From contig NC_043013.1 of assembly GCF_006345805.1 (NCBI RefSeq), forward strand, positions 50,468,001-50,532,000: 64,000 bases of DNA, in the 5' to 3' direction. The stretch is from Octopus sinensis. Its lineage: Eukaryota. A program made the translations under genes and the position numbers. Each line of letters starts with the position of its first letter. The stretch's first letter is position 1. A model generated the notes under the pieces. That model did not search any database. It was not told the origin of the DNA and saw nothing but the letters and a program-made list of their open reading frames with translations. This document shows, piece after piece, positions 60,547-64,000 of this stretch.

Positions 60547-61030
60547 CAGTGATCCCTCGTTTAATCGCACTAGATTGGTTCCAAGACCGGCCGCGATAAC
60601 TTAATTTCCGCGAAGTAGGGACACCATATTTACAGTATTTATTTAACGTGTATTTGGACTTTTAAAACCCTCCCTGTACTGTTAACAATCCACCCATTAC
60701 AGTAGTCTATTAATAACAAGGACAACTGTTAAGCAATAACACTTTAGATTTAAAAAAATAAAGATTGTTACTATTACACAGGCCAGATTACAAAATAGAA
60801 AGCTGTGATTCGTCGTCTCTCTCCATTGCACCAATCACAGCCCGTCTTAAGTTCAAATACCCCTGTATATGCTTTTTTGCTATTTTACGTTCGTTTTGTT
60901 GTTCCTAGACTAGGAAATAATATTTATTATTAATATTTTAATGGATATAATGAAAAATTTTAGGCGTTCATATATATACATATTTTTAAAATCCGCGATA
61001 GTTGAACCGCGAAGTAGCGAGGGATCACTG
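60547..61030. mobile_element. Tigger/pogo-type MITE
   Basis: TIRs cagtgatccctcg / cgagggatcactg flanked by TA. Confidence 0.8.
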
Positions 61031-61978
61031 TATATTAATAGAACCCCAGTAATCATTCTTGCACTGGTGTCACAAATAGCCAGTGAGCTGATTAAAAAAT
61101 AATAGCGACAAACGTTGTATTAATATCGAAAGGAATATTACGAGCGCGTCTATGCATCATATGTCCTTTACATTGAAAGTTCCTCTCAATGTAAATAACG
61201 CAGTATTCTGTTTTCTAATGCAACATCTACGTTAAGTTGGAATTCAAGGTTGCAAGTTATTCGTGTTTCTACCAAAGACTTGAATGGTCAGTTGTTGGCT
61301 GATGTCATCAATCCCCGACAAATTTTTTTTGAAGGTCTTTATACTTACTTTCACCTCTGAGTTCAATTCTTTAGCAGAGAGTTGGTGTCTGGGACTCTGC
61401 CAATATTCCTGCTACAAGACATTCGACAAGTCTTAAATATGGAACGAAATCTATGACATAATCGAAATAATGAACTTTCAAGAAACAAATTTGATTGTTA
61501 TGCTTTCAGCAATCTTAACTATGGAAGGAAAATGAATTCATAATTGATATATTTAAAACGATGAAACGCTGTTACGAAAATTCTATAAATTTATGCATCA
61601 AAATAAAAAGCAAATAATTTATAAAATTCATAAAATATAAAAATTCCACGCATGTAAAAAAACAAAAAAAAAAACAATAAACAATTTTGCTGATGTTATT
61701 GTAATCAGTAAATTTAAAAGGTTTAAACGACAAACGTAATCATGAAGAGACAGAAAAATGATTTACAGTGTGTATATGCAATCATTGTGTGTGTATATTA
61801 TTTTAATTGAACGACTTATGTTCTTCTTCTTGTTATGGTTTACAGATGTTGCAAATGACAATAATGTACAATGAGATGTTTAAAGTAGACAAACGTTTGT
61901 ATAGTGACTTCCTTCCAAGCTATTTTGTTATGAACAGACACCCACGTCCGCGTGCACTGCTATAAACACATGGATATA

Positions 61979-62016
<38 letters not shown>

Positions 62017-62277
62017 GCACACACAGATACACACATGTAGGCTTCAGATCTCCTCAATTAGTATCAAATGGAAGCGTAGGAACGTATGTGTGTCTGTTTG
62101 TGTGCTTGTGTGTGTATATATATATATGCGTGTATGAGTGCGTCTGTGCATGTGTGTATACTTATGTTTATTTATATTTATGTATGCATCTATGTCTGAT
62201 TGTAACTATGTGTGTGAGTGAATAAATATGTGTATATGTTTGTGAATGCATATGTGTGTGTGTATGTATGTATGTAT

Positions 62278-62315
<38 letters not shown>

Positions 62316-62349
62316 GCATATATATATATATATATGTATCTATATATGC

Positions 62350-62420
<71 letters not shown>

Positions 62421-62421
<1 letters not shown>

Positions 62422-62577
62422 TTTATTAAAGCAGCAGAAAATTCAACAAAATCTGTTACTCTGAGTTTCTCGTTGCCGTTCATCAGACAGTTTTTGCTAG
62501 CAAAAACTGTCTGATGAACGGCAACGAGAAACTCAGAGTAACAGATTTTGTTGAATTTTCTGCTGCTTAAAATAAAG
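62421..62577. repeat. Spacerless palindrome carrying one hammerhead motif per strand
   Basis: Centre gct|agc at 62498/62499; flanked by (TA)n on both sides. Confidence 0.9.
62507..62544 (+). ncRNA. Type I minimal hammerhead ribozyme (mirror copy at 62453-62490 on the - strand)
   Basis: ctgt CTGATGA A CG gcaa CG A GAA ACTC a GAGT A acag: stem I 4 bp, GNRA-capped stem II, pseudo-palindromic stem III, GUA triplet. Confidence 0.65.
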
Positions 62578-62609
<32 letters not shown>

Positions 62610-62666
62610 TATATATATAGTTATATATTATATATGTGTGTGTGTGTGTGTGGCTGTCTGTATGTA

Positions 62667-63060
62667 GGAGCAGGCGCGGCTGTGTGTTAAGAAAGATTGC
62701 TTTCCAAAACACATGGTTCCGGGTTCAGTCCCACTGCGTGTCACTGTGGGCAAGTGTTTTCTACTATAGCCTTGGGCCGACAGAATCCTTGTGAGTGTAT
62801 TTGCTAGACGGAAACTGAAAGAAGCCCGTCGTATATGTACATTTATATATATGTGTGTGCGTGCGTGTGTGTATCTGTACTGGACAACCGGTGTTGGTGT
62901 CCTTTTGTCCCGTAACTTAGCGGTTCGACCAAAGAAACCGATAGAATAAGTACTAGGCTTAAAAAATAACGCCTGGTGGCAATTTGTTCGACTAAAACCC
63001 TTTAAGGCGGTGCTCCAGCATAGCCGCAGTCAAATGACTGAAACAAGTAAAACAGTAAAA
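62667..63060 (+). mobile_element. SINE family A, full length
   Basis: Complete motifs. Confidence 0.88.
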
Positions 63061-63333
63061 GCATGTATGTATGTATGTGTGCGTGTGTGTGCGCACGTGT
63101 CCCTTTTGATACAAATTCGCCCGAGATTGCCCCAGGATGTATGGTACAAGCTTCCTGCATTAAAATGCTTCAATTAAAGCCATCCATCAAAATTTCATGT
63201 TGAATTATGTTCCAGACACCAACTTAATAATGACAAAGATATTTTCGCAAAATTCTTCAGAATTCTACAAAATTAATAGAAAAAAAAATGCAATTTCAAC
63301 AACATCCTTTTGCCTTTTGTTATTTCTAAGTGC

Positions 63334-63364
<31 letters not shown>

Positions 63365-63419
63365 TGTATGTATGTATGTATGTATGTATGTATGTATGTA
63401 TGTATGTATGTGTATGTAT

Positions 63420-63637
63420 GTATTTGTGTGTGTCTGTGTTTGTCCCGCCACCCACCATTGTTTGACAACCGACGCTGGTGTGTTTAGGTCCCCGTAACCT
63501 AGCGGTTCGGGAAAACAGACTGATAGACTAAGTACCAGAGAATAAGTGCCGGGTGTCGATATGTTCGACTAAATGCCTTTAAGGCAGTGCTCCAGCATGG
63601 CCGCAGTCAAATGACTGAAACAGGCAAAACAATAAAG

Positions 63638-63640
<3 letters not shown>
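63420..63640 (+). mobile_element. SINE family A, 3' half after an (ATGT)n tract
   Basis: tttgacaaccgacgctggtgtgtttaggtccccgtaacc...ctccagcatggccgcagtcaaatgactgaaac. Confidence 0.85.
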
Positions 63641-63679
<39 letters not shown>

Positions 63680-64000
63680 TAATAAATAAAATATATGCAT
63701 ACATACAAACATATATGTACGTACCGACATCTACATGTATATATACATGCATATATAAATATATATACGTACAGGACATCACAAGAAGACGAAAAAATGA
63801 ACAGAACGAAAACGGAAAAGACATTTTGTTACAACAGAAGGACAGAGACGTGGAACAAGACGAAACGAAAACGGGAAAAACAATTATGTGCAGTAGAAAA
63901 ACGAAGTACAAGACATGCTGCACAAGGAAAAATCCCCTTCATCAGTTGTCGCTAGCAGACACGTGTTTCGAAGACATACATACGTACATGTATGTATGTA

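Overview
This is AT-rich, repeat-saturated eukaryotic non-coding DNA. The tRNA-derived CORE-type SINEs resembling octopus OR1/OR2 and the very long (ATGT)n, (GAT)n and (TA)n microsatellites point to an octopus genome (my recognition, not a database result). I found no intact host gene, only weak candidate exons, and nearly all long ORFs in the track are translated microsatellites. The window holds about 45 SINE copies or fragments from at least five families, labelled A-E here for convenience. LINE material includes a near-full-length frameshifted CR1-clade LINE sitting between two (GAT)n arrays, plus RTE, R4/Dong and Penelope-like (PLE) fragments. DNA transposons include decayed mariner/maT, a Chapaev3-like transposase remnant, Helitrons and several MITEs. 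There is one 100-N gap. Four observations stand out. (1) Minimal hammerhead ribozyme motifs recur in several sequence families, including a head-to-head spacerless palindrome with one hammerhead per strand (62421-62577) and an inverted pair (27921-28171). (2) A 2.0 kb retroposon with a 14-bp target-site duplication (TSD) encodes only an ORF1/gag-like zinc-knuckle protein and no ORF2 (36475-38485). (3) SINE multimers are bounded by single TSDs, with the same dimer junction at three loci. (4) Several fold-back palindromes are built from mobile-element bodies. I cannot check novelty without database searches.
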